A DNA stretch of 64,000 nucleotides from Candidatus Aminicenantes bacterium UBA2190 (lineage in GTDB: Bacteria; Acidobacteriota; Aminicenantia; UBA2199): NCBI GenBank assembly GCA_002335385.1, contig DCVK01000071.1:13330-77329 (forward strand). The letters run 5' to 3'. The notes beneath the pieces were generated by a model, which saw nothing but the letters and a program-made list of their open reading frames with translations, was not told the DNA's origin and searched no databases. The position numbers were made by a program, and so were the translations under genes. Positions 53,558 through 63,559 of the stretch are shown piece by piece (within the stretch, counting starts at the first letter, position 1; every line of letters starts with the position of its first letter).

Positions 53558-54585
53558 CCCCGGGCGCCGGGGACGAACCGACCGCCCTGGTCACCGGGGT
53601 CTCCGCCCTGGTGCTGGGAGCGACGGGTTTCCTCGGCAGCCGCCTGGCCGTCGCCCTGAAAAAGAGCGGCGCCGCCGTCCGGGCCCTGGCCCGGCCGACC
53701 AGCGATGTTTCGTTTCTCGCTGCCAACGGCATCGAGATCGTGACCGGCGACCTGGCCGACGAGGATGCGCTGGCCCGGGCCGCTGCCGGGCAACGAGTGG
53801 TCTTCCATGCCGCCGCCCGGGTCGGTGACTGGGGCGGCGCCGGGGAATTCCGGCGGGTGAACGTCGACGGCACGGCGCGGGTGATCGCCGCCTGCTTGAG
53901 GAAGCGCGTGCGCCGCCTGGTCCACGTGAGCTCGCTGACCGTGCTGGGCCTGCCGCGCCGCGGCGCCCGCCTCGACGAAGAAACGCCGCCGGCCATGTCC
54001 GCCGCCGACGCCTACACCGCCAGCAAGATCGCCGGAGAGAAGCTGGTGCGCCGGGCACACGGCATGGACGGCCTGGAAACGGTCGTGGTGCGGCCCGGCG
54101 TGATCTGGGGTCCCGGCGATCCCACGTTCCTGCCGCGCTTCGCGGCGCTGCTGCGCCGGGGCAGGATGGTCCTGGTCAATGGCGGGCGCAACCGCGTCGC
54201 CCTCTCCCATGTCGACAACCTGGTCCAGGGGCTTCTCCTGGCCGCCTTCGTTCCCGGGGCGGCGGGGCAGGTCTTTCACATCACCGACGGCGAGGAGATC
54301 ACCGCCGCGGAGGCCTTCGGGCTGCTGGCCGAAAGGCTGGGCGTACCGCCGCCTCACCGCTCGCTGCCTTTCCCCGTCCTTCATGCCGCTGCCGCCCTGA
54401 TGGAAACCTGGGCGCGGCTGCGGGGCCAGGCCGCGCCGCCTGCGTTCACCCGCTACGGCGTGCGCCTGGTCGCCAGCGACGGTTGCTACGACATCGGCAA
54501 GGCGCGGCGCGAGCTGGGGTACCGGCCGGCGGTCGGCTTCCGCCGGGGGGTCGCCGCCCTGGCCGCGGCGACGGGGCCCGCATGA
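53554..54585 (+). CDS. NAD-dependent epimerase/dehydratase family reductase (extended SDR, 3beta-HSD-like)
   Basis: GTG at 53554 overlaps the fadD stop (GTGA). GATGFLGSRL Rossmann motif and YTASKIAGEK (YxxxK). Confidence 0.8.
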   Translation: MTPGAGDEPTALVTGVSALVLGATGFLGSRLAVALKKSGAAVRALARPTSDVSFLAANGIEIVTGDLADEDALARAAAGQRVVFHAAARVGDWGGAGEFRRVNVDGTARVIAACLRKRVRRLVHVSSLTVLGLPRRGARLDEETPPAMSAADAYTASKIAGEKLVRRAHGMDGLETVVVRPGVIWGPGDPTFLPRFAALLRRGRMVLVNGGRNRVALSHVDNLVQGLLLAAFVPGAAGQVFHITDGEEITAAEAFGLLAERLGVPPPHRSLPFPVLHAAAALMETWARLRGQAAPPAFTRYGVRLVASDGCYDIGKARRELGYRPAVGFRRGVAALAAATGPA

Positions 54586-55655
54586 GCGCGGCGGGGAAGA
54601 TCCGCATCGAAAGCCTGGGGGCCTATCTCCCCGAAAAGGTTCTGACCATGGAGGATCTGCTCGCCTCCTGCCGCCGCCGGCCGCCCTGGGACCTGGAGCG
54701 CATCACCGGCATCCGCGAGCGGCGGGTGGCGGTGGGGGAATACGCCGTTGATCTGGCGGTGCTGGCGGCAAGGCGGGCATTGGAGTTGTCGCGCTACCAG
54801 GCCGCCGAACTCGATGTCGTCATCTGCGCCAGCATCTCCAAGCACAATGGCGAGGACGAGTTTCATCTCGAGCCGGCCAGCGCCGGGCGCATTGCCGTTG
54901 CCATCGGTGCCCATGCGGCGCGTTCCTTCGACGTGGTCAACGCCTGCGCCGGCATGATGACCGGCATCCACGTGCTGCAGGGGTTGATCCGCGCCGGCGA
55001 AGCCCGTTGCGGCATGGTCGTTTCCGGTGAGCATAACCTGCCGGTGACCCGCACCGCGGCCCGCGAGCTGCGCCACCGCTTCGACGGCCAGATGGCCGCC
55101 CTCACCCTGGGCGACGGCGGCGCCGCGGTGATCCTCGACGCTGCACCCGGACCCGTCGGCGGGTTTCACCATATGGAGCTGGTCACCGGCGCCAGGCACG
55201 ATCATTACTGCTATTCCCGCCCGTCGCGGCGCGGCGCGGGCGGCATCCTGGTGACCAGGGCGCATGGGCTGCAGCGCAAGGGCAATGAGCATTTCCCCGC
55301 CTACCTGAAGGAGATCCTCGACCGCACGGGCTGGACCCTGGAGGATGTCGATCATATCATCCCCCACCAGGTCTCGGTGCGGGGCATCGAGAACAGCGCC
55401 CGGGCCGTGGAGCGCTATCTCGGCTCCCGGCTGCCGCCCGTTGTCCGCATCAGCGCCGGCCTCTATGCCAACACGTCGACCACCAGCCATTTCCTGGCCC
55501 TGCACCGCTTCATCCTCGACGGGACTATCCGGTCCGGCGACAAACTGCTTTTTGTATCGGGCGCCTCGGGGATCGTGATCTCCCATGCCACGTACACCTT
55601 CGATGACCTGCCCGGGCGCTACCGGACGATGTGGGACGAGGAAGGCAGGCAATGA
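54582..55655 (+). CDS. 3-oxoacyl-ACP synthase III (KAS III/FabH-like) family condensing enzyme with an intact catalytic triad
   Basis: ATGA overlap with the upstream gene. NACAG (Cys), IIPHQVS (His) and YANTSTTS (Asn) align by eye to the FabH triad motifs. Confidence 0.8.
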   Translation: MSAAGKIRIESLGAYLPEKVLTMEDLLASCRRRPPWDLERITGIRERRVAVGEYAVDLAVLAARRALELSRYQAAELDVVICASISKHNGEDEFHLEPASAGRIAVAIGAHAARSFDVVNACAGMMTGIHVLQGLIRAGEARCGMVVSGEHNLPVTRTAARELRHRFDGQMAALTLGDGGAAVILDAAPGPVGGFHHMELVTGARHDHYCYSRPSRRGAGGILVTRAHGLQRKGNEHFPAYLKEILDRTGWTLEDVDHIIPHQVSVRGIENSARAVERYLGSRLPPVVRISAGLYANTSTTSHFLALHRFILDGTIRSGDKLLFVSGASGIVISHATYTFDDLPGRYRTMWDEEGRQ

Positions 55656-56536
55656 AAAGGCGGGTGCGCATCGCCGGCATCGGAACCAGCCATCCGGGCT
55701 TCCGTCCTTGGCACCGGGGCTCGCTGGCGCGGGCGGTTCAAGCCGGCCGCCGCTGCCTGGCGGATGCGCGTCGCCGCCCGGCCGACGTCGGGCTGCTCAT
55801 CCATGCCGGCGTGACCCGCGACCATCATGTCTGCGAGCCGGCGAATGCCGCCTATATCCAGCATCGGCTGGGGATCAACGTTGAATTCCAGGGTGCGCGC
55901 ACCCTTTCCTTCGACCTGGGCAACGGCGGCTGCGGCATGCTCGACGCCGCCCACATACTCTGCGCGCTGCTGCAGGAGGGGAACGTGAGGGCGGGCATGG
56001 TCACCGCCTCCGAGGGCAACGCCGATTGGCGGGGAAAGGGCAAGCCCCCATGCCCCGACAGCGGGGCGGCGGTCCTGCTCGAGCTTTCGCCGCGCCCGGG
56101 AACGGGGTTCGGCAGTTTCGCTTTCCATGCACGCAGCGAGCATGCCGACATGGCGACGACCGTGGTCTCCCTGGCAGAGCCGCGCGGACGGCTGCTGACG
56201 AGGCGGGATCCCGGGCTGGCGGAACGCTGGCTGGAGATGGCCGGGCCGGTCGTTGACGACGTACTGCGGCGTGATGGCCTGAACCGGGATCAGGTCGACC
56301 GGGTCATCCCGGCGCAGATTTCGCCGGGTTTCCTGGCGCGCCTGCCCGGGGCGATCGGCATCCCGGCCGGGCGCGTCTGCGATTTCTCCGCCGACCTGCC
56401 CGATACCCTGTCCACCTCGGCGTTCCTGGCCCTGGAACGGGAATGGCGGCTTCGCCCCCCCGTGACCGGCCAGACGATCCTGCTGCTGGCCTTCGGCTCG
56501 GGACTTACGGCCGCCGCCGCCGCCTACCATTATTAA
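55652..56536 (+). CDS. KAS III-like protein lacking the His and Asn of the catalytic triad
   Basis: ATGA overlap with the upstream gene. GNGGCG retains a Cys. The HQ(A/V) motif reads VIPAQIS and the GNTS motif reads PDTLSTS. 294 aa. Confidence 0.7.
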   Translation: MKRRVRIAGIGTSHPGFRPWHRGSLARAVQAGRRCLADARRRPADVGLLIHAGVTRDHHVCEPANAAYIQHRLGINVEFQGARTLSFDLGNGGCGMLDAAHILCALLQEGNVRAGMVTASEGNADWRGKGKPPCPDSGAAVLLELSPRPGTGFGSFAFHARSEHADMATTVVSLAEPRGRLLTRRDPGLAERWLEMAGPVVDDVLRRDGLNRDQVDRVIPAQISPGFLARLPGAIGIPAGRVCDFSADLPDTLSTSAFLALEREWRLRPPVTGQTILLLAFGSGLTAAAAAYHY

Positions 56537-56584
56537 AAATCGGGAAGGGTCCTGCTGGCATGGATCGGGCTTGCGCGCGGGCGG

Positions 56585-58672
56585 CTATTTCTTTTCGGCG
56601 GCTTTCTTGGCGCGCAGGTCGGCCAGCAAGTTTTCCTCGATGGATTTGGGCAGCGGCGCATACTGCAGGAACTCGATGGAATGGCTGGCGCGGCCGCTGG
56701 AGACGGTGCGCAGCACCGAGGCGTAGCCGAACATCTCCATCAGCGGGATGCTGCCGTTGATCTTCTGCGAGCCCTTGCGAAAGCGGCGCATGCTGTCGAT
56801 GCGGCCGCGGCGGCGGTTGACGTCGCCGATGATCTCGCCCATGTACTCGTCGGGCGTGTTGATCTCGATCTTCATGATCGGCTCCAGGATGTGCGGCGCC
56901 GCCTTGGCGATGGCCTCCTTGATGGCCAGCTGGGCGCAGGTCTTGAAGGCCTGCTCGGAGGAGTCCACGGCGTGGAAGCTGCCGTCGAGCAGGACGAACT
57001 TGACGTCGACCATGGGGTAGCCGGCGAACGGGCCGCGCTCCATCGAGGCGCGGAAGCCCTTCTCGATGGCCGGGATGAACTCCTTGGGGATGTTGCCGCC
57101 CTTGATGTGGTTGACGAACTCCAGGCCCAGGCCGGTGTTGGGCTCGAGGCGCATCTCGATGTGGGCGAACTGGCCCTTGCCGCCGGTCTGCTTCTTGAAC
57201 TTGTAATTGCTCTCCCCTTCCCGGGTGATGGCCTCGCGGAAGGCCACGGCGGGCTGGCCGACCCTGACGTCGACCTTGTGCTCGCTCCTGAGGCGGTCGA
57301 CGATGATGTCCAGGTGCAGCTCGCCCATGCCCGAGATCACCGTCTCCTCGGTCTCGTCGTCGAAATGCACCTTGAAGGAGGGGTCCTCCAGCGACAGCTT
57401 GTGCAGGGCTGCCGACAGCTTGTCCCGCTCCCTGGCCGACGGCGGCTCGATCTTCAAGTCGATGACCGTGTCGGGGTAGTGGATGTTCTCCAGCAGCAGC
57501 GGCTCCTTCTCGGCGCACAGGGTGTCGCCGGTGGTGGTGAACTTGGTGCCGATCAGGGCGGCGATGTCGCCGGCGCGCACGGCGTCGATCTCCTCGCGGC
57601 GGTCGGCGTGGATGCGCAGGATGCGGCCGATGCGCTCGCGCTTGTCCTTGACCGGGTTGTAGACGTAGCTGCCGGCCTGCAGCTCGCCGGAGTAGACGCG
57701 AATGAAGGTCTGCTGGCCGACGAAGGCGTCGTTGATGATCTTGAAGGCCAGGGCGGCGAAAGGTTCCTTGGCCGACGGCTTGCGCGAGATCGCCTTTTCC
57801 CGGTCGTCGAGATCGCTGCCGACGATGATGCCGCGGTCGACGGGCGAGGGCAGGTAGTCGACCACCGCGTCCAGCAGCAGGCGGATGCCCTTGTTCTTGA
57901 AGGCGGTGCCGCAGAACACCGGGGTGATGCACAGGGTGAGGACGGCGTGGCGCGTGGCGCGCTTGATGTCCTCCTCGCTGATCTCCTTCTCGTTGAGGAA
58001 CTTCTCCATCAGGTCGAGATCGAAGTCGGCCAGCCTCTCCAGCATCTGGTAGCGCAGCTTGCGGGCCTGTTCCAGCAGGCCGGCGGGGACCGCGGAGATC
58101 TTCATCTCCATGCCGTCGAAGGTGACGGCCTGCATCCGGACCAGGTCGACCATGCCCTGGAAATTCTCCTCGCTGCCGATGGGCAGCTGGTAGACCAGGG
58201 CGTTGGCGCCCAGCATCTCGTTCATCATCTCCACGGTCTGGAACAGGTCGGCCCCCTGGCGGTCCATCTTGTTGACGAAGGCGATGCGCGGCACCTTGTA
58301 GCGGTCGGCCTGGTGCCAGACCGTCTCGCTCTGGGGCTCGACGCCGCCCACGGCGCAAAAGACCATGGCGATGCCGTCCAGCACGCGCAGCGAGCGCTCG
58401 ACCTCCACGGTGAAGTCGATGTGGCCCGGGGTGTCGATGAGATTGACCTGGTGGTCCTTCCAGCGGGTGGTGATGGCCGCCGAGGAGATGGTGATGCCCC
58501 GCTCCTGCTCCTGCTTCATGAAATCCATCACCGCCTGGCCGTCGTGGACCTCGCCGGTGCGGTGGGTGATGCCGGTGAAGAACAGGATGCGCTCGCTGGT
58601 GGTGGTCTTGCCGGCGTCGATATGGGCCACGATGCCGATGTTGCGGATCTTCTGCATGACGGACTGTTCCAT
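56585..58672 (-). CDS. fusA: Elongation factor G (standalone copy, outside a str operon)
   Basis: [20 protein letters not shown] (G1) and DTPGHIDF (G3). Full five-domain length of 695 aa. AAGGAG RBS. Confidence 0.9.
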   Translation of the reverse strand: MEQSVMQKIRNIGIVAHIDAGKTTTSERILFFTGITHRTGEVHDGQAVMDFMKQEQERGITISSAAITTRWKDHQVNLIDTPGHIDFTVEVERSLRVLDGIAMVFCAVGGVEPQSETVWHQADRYKVPRIAFVNKMDRQGADLFQTVEMMNEMLGANALVYQLPIGSEENFQGMVDLVRMQAVTFDGMEMKISAVPAGLLEQARKLRYQMLERLADFDLDLMEKFLNEKEISEEDIKRATRHAVLTLCITPVFCGTAFKNKGIRLLLDAVVDYLPSPVDRGIIVGSDLDDREKAISRKPSAKEPFAALAFKIINDAFVGQQTFIRVYSGELQAGSYVYNPVKDKRERIGRILRIHADRREEIDAVRAGDIAALIGTKFTTTGDTLCAEKEPLLLENIHYPDTVIDLKIEPPSARERDKLSAALHKLSLEDPSFKVHFDDETEETVISGMGELHLDIIVDRLRSEHKVDVRVGQPAVAFREAITREGESNYKFKKQTGGKGQFAHIEMRLEPNTGLGLEFVNHIKGGNIPKEFIPAIEKGFRASMERGPFAGYPMVDVKFVLLDGSFHAVDSSEQAFKTCAQLAIKEAIAKAAPHILEPIMKIEINTPDEYMGEIIGDVNRRRGRIDSMRRFRKGSQKINGSIPLMEMFGYASVLRTVSSGRASHSIEFLQYAPLPKSIEENLLADLRAKKAAEKK

Positions 58673-58889
58673 GGGTCCTAGCTCCTTTTGCTATCGACCA
58701 GGCTCCAAGAACCGCCGTTCGACAGTAGGGCTTTTGTCTGGATGCGATTCCTCGGTGATTCTTGATCAGGGGATATGACGAAAAGTGATACCCGTTCTCA
58801 GGAAGCGATGGCCTTGATCGTAGAAGCGATTATACCACAGTCACTCCCGCCTGCCAAGGGCCCCCCGCTTGCGGACCGGTCGGCCCGGG

Positions 58890-58918
58890 TTGCAAAGATC
58901 GGCGGCTTCGGCTATGAT
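58890..58918 (+). promoter_or_regulatory. Candidate promoter giving a leaderless or near-leaderless plsC mRNA
   Basis: TTGCAA (58890-58895), a 17-nt spacer, then TATGAT (58913-58918). The ATG at 58927 is only 8 nt beyond the -10, and there is no Shine-Dalgarno sequence. Confidence 0.45.
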
Positions 58919-58926
58919 GGGCGCGC

Positions 58927-59658
58927 ATGCTGCGCACGGTCTTGTGGTTCGCCTACTTCTGGCTTTTCCAGCTCATCTCCACGGTCTTCCTGCTCGCCCA
59001 TTTCCTGCTCGGGCTCCTGGGCCTGAAGCGGAAACAGGCCAGGCTTCTCGAATGGATCACCGGCGCCTGGGCGCGGCAGATGATCGCCGCCGCCGGCGGC
59101 AAGGTCGAGGTGCTCGGCCTGGAGAACCTGCCGCACAAGCAGGGCATGCTTTTTGTTTCCAACCACCAGGGGGCTTTCGACATCCCGCTCCTGCTTGGCT
59201 TCGTGCCCGTGCTGAAGGGATTCGTCTCCAAGAAGGAAAATTTCCGCCTGCCCATCGTCTCCACCTGGATGAGGCTGCTGGGCTGCATCGTCATCGACCG
59301 CAACGACCTGCGCCAGTCGGCAGGCGCCATTGCCCGCGGTATCCGCGACCTGCGGGCCGGGCGCTCGCTGGTAATCTTTCCTGAGGGCACGCGCAGCAAG
59401 ACCGGGGCCCTGCGGCGCTTCAGGGAAGGGAGCTTCAAGCTGGCCACGCGCTCGGGAGCGACCATCGTGCCCCTGACCATCGACGGCTCCTATCGCCTGC
59501 TCGAGGGCAACCGCGGGCGCATCACGCCGGGGACCGTCCGTCTGCACATCCATCCCCCGGTCGTCCTGGCCGACCTTACGGACGAACAGAAAAAGGACCC
59601 GGTGGAGCTGGTGCGCGGCATCATCGCTTCCCGTCTCCCGGAGCAGCCGCGGCCATGA
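58927..59658 (+). CDS. plsC: 1-acyl-sn-glycerol-3-phosphate acyltransferase
   Basis: NHQGAFD (the HX4D motif) and FPEGTRS. N-terminal TM segment. Confidence 0.88.
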   Translation: MLRTVLWFAYFWLFQLISTVFLLAHFLLGLLGLKRKQARLLEWITGAWARQMIAAAGGKVEVLGLENLPHKQGMLFVSNHQGAFDIPLLLGFVPVLKGFVSKKENFRLPIVSTWMRLLGCIVIDRNDLRQSAGAIARGIRDLRAGRSLVIFPEGTRSKTGALRRFREGSFKLATRSGATIVPLTIDGSYRLLEGNRGRITPGTVRLHIHPPVVLADLTDEQKKDPVELVRGIIASRLPEQPRP

Positions 59659-60773
59659 GGATCGAGCCGTTTGCCCTGGAGCGCTTTTTCGCCGAGCACG
59701 AGTTCGGCGCCCAACATGTGCTGTGCGCCTCGGACTGCGAGACGCTGTCCGTCAGGGAGCTGCTGGCCATGGAACCGGGGGCGGACGAGGCCTTCGCGGC
59801 GTTGCGCCTGGGCTACACCGAGACCGCCGGCGGTCCGGCCCTGAGGAAGGAGATCGCCTCCCTGTACGAGGGGATCGCGGCCGACGACATCCTGGTTTTC
59901 GCCGGCGCCGAGGAGGGCATTTTCCTTTTCATGAACGCCGTGCTCTCCTCCGGCGACCACCTCATCGTCCATTCCCCTTGCTACCAGTCGTTGATTTCAG
60001 TGGCCGCCGCCGCCGGCTGCCGGGTGACGCGCTGGGATGCCCTGGCCGAGAACGGCTGGACGCCGGATCCCGGGCAGCTGGAGCGCGAGATCACTCCGGC
60101 GACCCGCGCCCTGGTCGTCAATTTTCCCCATAACCCCACCGGTCACCTGCCGGAAAAGGGGGCGTTCACCGCGATCGCGGACCTCGCCCGCCGGAACGGG
60201 CTCCTGCTGTTCTCCGACGAGGTGTACCGCTTGCTGGAATACGAAGAGGGCGACCGGCTGCCCGCCGCCTGCGAGATCTACGAGAACGGGGTCTCCCTGG
60301 GCGTCATGTCCAAGGCCTTCGGCCTGGCCGGGTTGCGCCTGGGCTGGGCGGCCTGCCGCAATCATGACGTCCTGGGCGCCATGGCCGGGTTCAAGGATTA
60401 CACCACCATCTGCACGGCCGCCCCCAGTGAGTTCCTGGCCGCACTGGCGCTGCGCCGGCGCGGCCTCATCCTGGCGCGCAACCTGGAGATTATCCGCGGC
60501 AACCTGCGGATCCTGGATGAGTTCCTTGCGCGCCATGAACACCAGTTCTCCTGGCAACGCCCCCATGCGGGCCCGGTCGCTTTTCCGGCAGTGCGCTTCG
60601 CCGCGGCCAGCGACGACTTCTGCGCCGGCCTGCTTCGTGAATGCGGCGTGCTGCTGGCGCCCGGACGCCTGTTCGGCGCCGCCCCGGAGCATTTTCGCAT
60701 CGGCTTCGGCCGCCGCGATTTTCGCCGTGGGCTGGAGGCGGTTTCCGGCCATATGCGGGAAAAACCGGCCTGA
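59655..60773 (+). CDS. Class I/II PLP-dependent aminotransferase
   Basis: 372 aa. NFPHNPTG and the SKAFGLAGLRLGW (Lys) motifs. ATGA overlap with plsC. Confidence 0.85.
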   Translation: MRIEPFALERFFAEHEFGAQHVLCASDCETLSVRELLAMEPGADEAFAALRLGYTETAGGPALRKEIASLYEGIAADDILVFAGAEEGIFLFMNAVLSSGDHLIVHSPCYQSLISVAAAAGCRVTRWDALAENGWTPDPGQLEREITPATRALVVNFPHNPTGHLPEKGAFTAIADLARRNGLLLFSDEVYRLLEYEEGDRLPAACEIYENGVSLGVMSKAFGLAGLRLGWAACRNHDVLGAMAGFKDYTTICTAAPSEFLAALALRRRGLILARNLEIIRGNLRILDEFLARHEHQFSWQRPHAGPVAFPAVRFAAASDDFCAGLLRECGVLLAPGRLFGAAPEHFRIGFGRRDFRRGLEAVSGHMREKPA

Positions 60774-60805
60774 GGATCCGGCAGCAGCGCGATCCCCGCC
60801 GCCGG

Positions 60806-61903
60806 CTACTCGCCGCCGCGCAAGGCGCGGTAGTGCCGGTGGCCCCAGGCCAATTCCTCGATGATCACCTTGATGATGCCGGTCACCGGGATGCAGAGCA
60901 GCAGCCCCATGATGCCGAACATCTCGCCGCCGGTGAAGATCACCAGGATGACCAGCAGGGGATGGATGTGCAGGCTCCGCCCCAGGATATTGGGCGAAAG
61001 CAGGGTGTCGTCGATGAGGCGGATGAGCAGGAAGGCGGCGATGACCGGCAGGGCGGCGCCGAGCCGCCCCTTGATGATGACATTGAGGATGACCGCCGGG
61101 ATGGCGCCGACGATGGGGCCGAAGTAGGGGATCATGTTGGCCAGCCCGGCCACGGCGCCGATCAGCAGGAAATAGGGGATGCCGAGAGCGGCCAGCGCCG
61201 CCCCCGCCAGGATGCCGACACAGAGCGAGACGAGCAGCTGGCCGCGGATATAGTTGCCCACCTGGCGGTCGATCTTGTGCAGCAGGCTGACGGCCATCTC
61301 GAAATAGCGGTTGGGCAGCAGGGCGATGAAGAATTTCTTCAGCCGCCGGCCATCCTTGAGCAGGAAAAAGGTCATGAAAGGGATGAGCACCGCGGCGATG
61401 GCCACCGGCACGATGCTGGGCAGGAGCCGGACACTGCGCTGGAACAGGGTCTGGATGAATTCCTCGGCATAGGCCAGGATCTGGGCGATGATGCCGGGGT
61501 TCTTCAGCCAGGGCAGGTTCTCGCGCAGCAGCGTCTTGAATTTTTGCAGCAGCGTGGCCGGCGTTTCGTTCTGGGCCAGATGGCTGAGGGTGCGGAACTC
61601 GTCGGCGATGACCGGGGCCAGCAGCGCCAGCGCCACGGCCAGCACCGTTCCCAGGGCGCAAAGGACCAGGATGACGGCGGCGGTGCGCCCCAGGCCGCGG
61701 CGCTCGAGCATGACCACCAGCGGGTTGAGCAGCAGCGAGAGGATGAGGGAAAGGATCAGCGGCGTCAGGACCATGCCGCTGTGGGAGAGGATCCAGGCCA
61801 GCGCCAGCAGGGCCAGCAGCGCCAGGGCCGTCTTGAACAGGAAGCGGACGAACTGGCGGTCGAAATGAACGACGATGCCCCGAGGCTCGCCGGACGGGCT
61901 CAT
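60806..61903 (-). CDS. AI-2E family transporter (PerM/UPF0118)
   Basis: 365 aa with about 8 TM helices and family-typical ...IPYFGPIVGAIPAV... Confidence 0.85.
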   Translation of the reverse strand: MSPSGEPRGIVVHFDRQFVRFLFKTALALLALLALAWILSHSGMVLTPLILSLILSLLLNPLVVMLERRGLGRTAAVILVLCALGTVLAVALALLAPVIADEFRTLSHLAQNETPATLLQKFKTLLRENLPWLKNPGIIAQILAYAEEFIQTLFQRSVRLLPSIVPVAIAAVLIPFMTFFLLKDGRRLKKFFIALLPNRYFEMAVSLLHKIDRQVGNYIRGQLLVSLCVGILAGAALAALGIPYFLLIGAVAGLANMIPYFGPIVGAIPAVILNVIIKGRLGAALPVIAAFLLIRLIDDTLLSPNILGRSLHIHPLLVILVIFTGGEMFGIMGLLLCIPVTGIIKVIIEELAWGHRHYRALRGGE

Positions 61904-62472
61904 GGTGCGCTCTCCCCCTCGGTCTCCACCACCAGCGCGTCCAGGGAGAGGCGCTGCAGTTCCTGGTTGGTCAGGCGCAGGCGGCGGGCCAGGACGTCGG
62001 CCAGCGCGGCCAGAAGCTTGACGCCCAGCTGCGGTTTGCGGCGGAAGAGGTGGAAAAGATCGGGATGGATCAGGCCAAAAAGACAGGCATCGCCCCGGGC
62101 CACCGCGGTGGCGGAGCGGCAGTCGCCCTCCAGCAGCGCCATCTCACCGAAAAAATCCCCGCTTTGCAGGCGCGCCAGCTCCCTCTGCCCCCGCTTGCCG
62201 TACTCCTTGTAGATGCTCACCTCGCCCTGCTGCACGATGTACATGCCCACGCCGGGTTCGCCCTCCCAGAAGACCACCTCGCCGTCCTTGTACAGGCGGC
62301 GGTGGACCAGGCGCTCGACATCCCGGAGCTCGCACTTGCGCAGCCCGGCGAAGAGCGGGACTTGCTTCAGCAGCGCCCCCGTCCGCTCGGCGTCATGGTT
62401 CCTTTTCCTGACGATGCTCGCCCACAGGGAATGGTTAGGCCTCATTTGCCTCCTCCGTTGCCTTGCGACCAC
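61900..62472 (-). CDS. Cyclic nucleotide-binding domain protein
   Basis: VPLFAGL...GDFFGEMALLEG..RSATAVA (cNMP-binding signature). 190 aa. Overlaps the transporter gene by 4 nt. Confidence 0.85.
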   Translation of the reverse strand: MVARQRRRQMRPNHSLWASIVRKRNHDAERTGALLKQVPLFAGLRKCELRDVERLVHRRLYKDGEVVFWEGEPGVGMYIVQQGEVSIYKEYGKRGQRELARLQSGDFFGEMALLEGDCRSATAVARGDACLFGLIHPDLFHLFRRKPQLGVKLLAALADVLARRLRLTNQELQRLSLDALVVETEGESAP

Positions 62473-62490
62473 CAGCGTATTGAAGACCGT

Positions 62491-63489
62491 TCATGACAAC
62501 TCGGTCAGCTCGCCGGCCAGCGACTTCTGGAAATTGCCCTTGATCAGTTCCGGCCGGTCGTACTGGCCCAGCAGGAACATGAGCTTGACGGCCGCCGCCT
62601 CGAAGGTCATGTCGCCGGCCGGGATCACGCCCATCTCCAGCAGCCGGCTGCCCGACTCGTAGAGCTGCGGCTCGATGCGGCCGCCGTGGGCCTCGCTGTC
62701 CAGCACCACCAGCTTGCCCTGCCGCAGCCAAGCCTCGATGCGCGGCAGCAGCTCGCCGGTCTGCAGGGGGATGGTGCCGGCGCCGTAAGCGACGATCAGC
62801 ACGGCGCGGACATCGTCCCCGGGCTGGAAATAGCCGCCGCTGCACCCCGGGAACAGCTTCAGCACCGCCAGTGCCGACGAGAATTCGTTGAACACATGGA
62901 AATGGCCGCCGGGATGCAGGATGTTGGGACGGTAGATCTCGATGTTGATGCCGACCTCGGCCAGCAGCGGGTAGTTGGGTGAATGGAATGCGTCGAAGAA
63001 ATTGATATGGTTCTTGCTGGTGCGGTTGCCGCGCATCAGCTGGTAGTCGAAGAAGATGCACACTTCGGGGATGTCGGCGCAGGCCAGCTCCACGGCGTTG
63101 ATCAGGTTGTTGCGCGCGTCGCTGCGCAGCTCGCCCAGCGGCTTCTGCGCCCCGGTCAGGATGACGGGAACGGGGACGTTGTGCAGCATGTAGGACAGGG
63201 CCGACGCGGTGTAGGCCAGCGTGTCGGTGCCGTGGGTGACGACCACGCCGTCGACGGCGCCGATGCGGGACTGGATGATGGCGGCCAGCCGCTGCCAGTG
63301 CTGGAAGCCGAGCTCGGCGCTGTCGAAGACGAAGGGAATCTCGACCTCGATATCGGCGATGGTGGAAAGCTCGGGGATGACCTTGAGCAGGCCGGCGTAG
63401 AAATGGTCGGGACGCAGCACGCCGCTGCGGCTGTCGCGGGTCATGCCGATGGTGCCGCCGGTGTGGATGAGGAGAATCTTCTTTTTCAT
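62491..63489 (-). CDS. ansA: L-asparaginase, type I
   Basis: KILLIHTGGTIGM (catalytic Thr motif) and HGTDTLAYTA. 332 aa. Confidence 0.9.
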   Translation of the reverse strand: MKKKILLIHTGGTIGMTRDSRSGVLRPDHFYAGLLKVIPELSTIADIEVEIPFVFDSAELGFQHWQRLAAIIQSRIGAVDGVVVTHGTDTLAYTASALSYMLHNVPVPVILTGAQKPLGELRSDARNNLINAVELACADIPEVCIFFDYQLMRGNRTSKNHINFFDAFHSPNYPLLAEVGINIEIYRPNILHPGGHFHVFNEFSSALAVLKLFPGCSGGYFQPGDDVRAVLIVAYGAGTIPLQTGELLPRIEAWLRQGKLVVLDSEAHGGRIEPQLYESGSRLLEMGVIPAGDMTFEAAAVKLMFLLGQYDRPELIKGNFQKSLAGELTELS

Positions 63490-63559
63490 GGTTTTCCGCT
63501 ATATGACAGGTTATAATCGGGAGCACGGGCAAAGTCAATAGGGGAAAGGGCCACACGAG

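Noticed and set aside
56585-58672. Ribosomal-protection (TetM/TetO-like) protein instead of EF-G.
   Set aside because: The 695-aa length, the EF-G-type G1 context ([15 protein letters not shown]) and full domain IV/V-length sequence all fit EF-G. Tet(M)-type proteins are shorter with a different N-terminus. Whether it is an EF-G1 or EF-G2 paralogue cannot be decided here.
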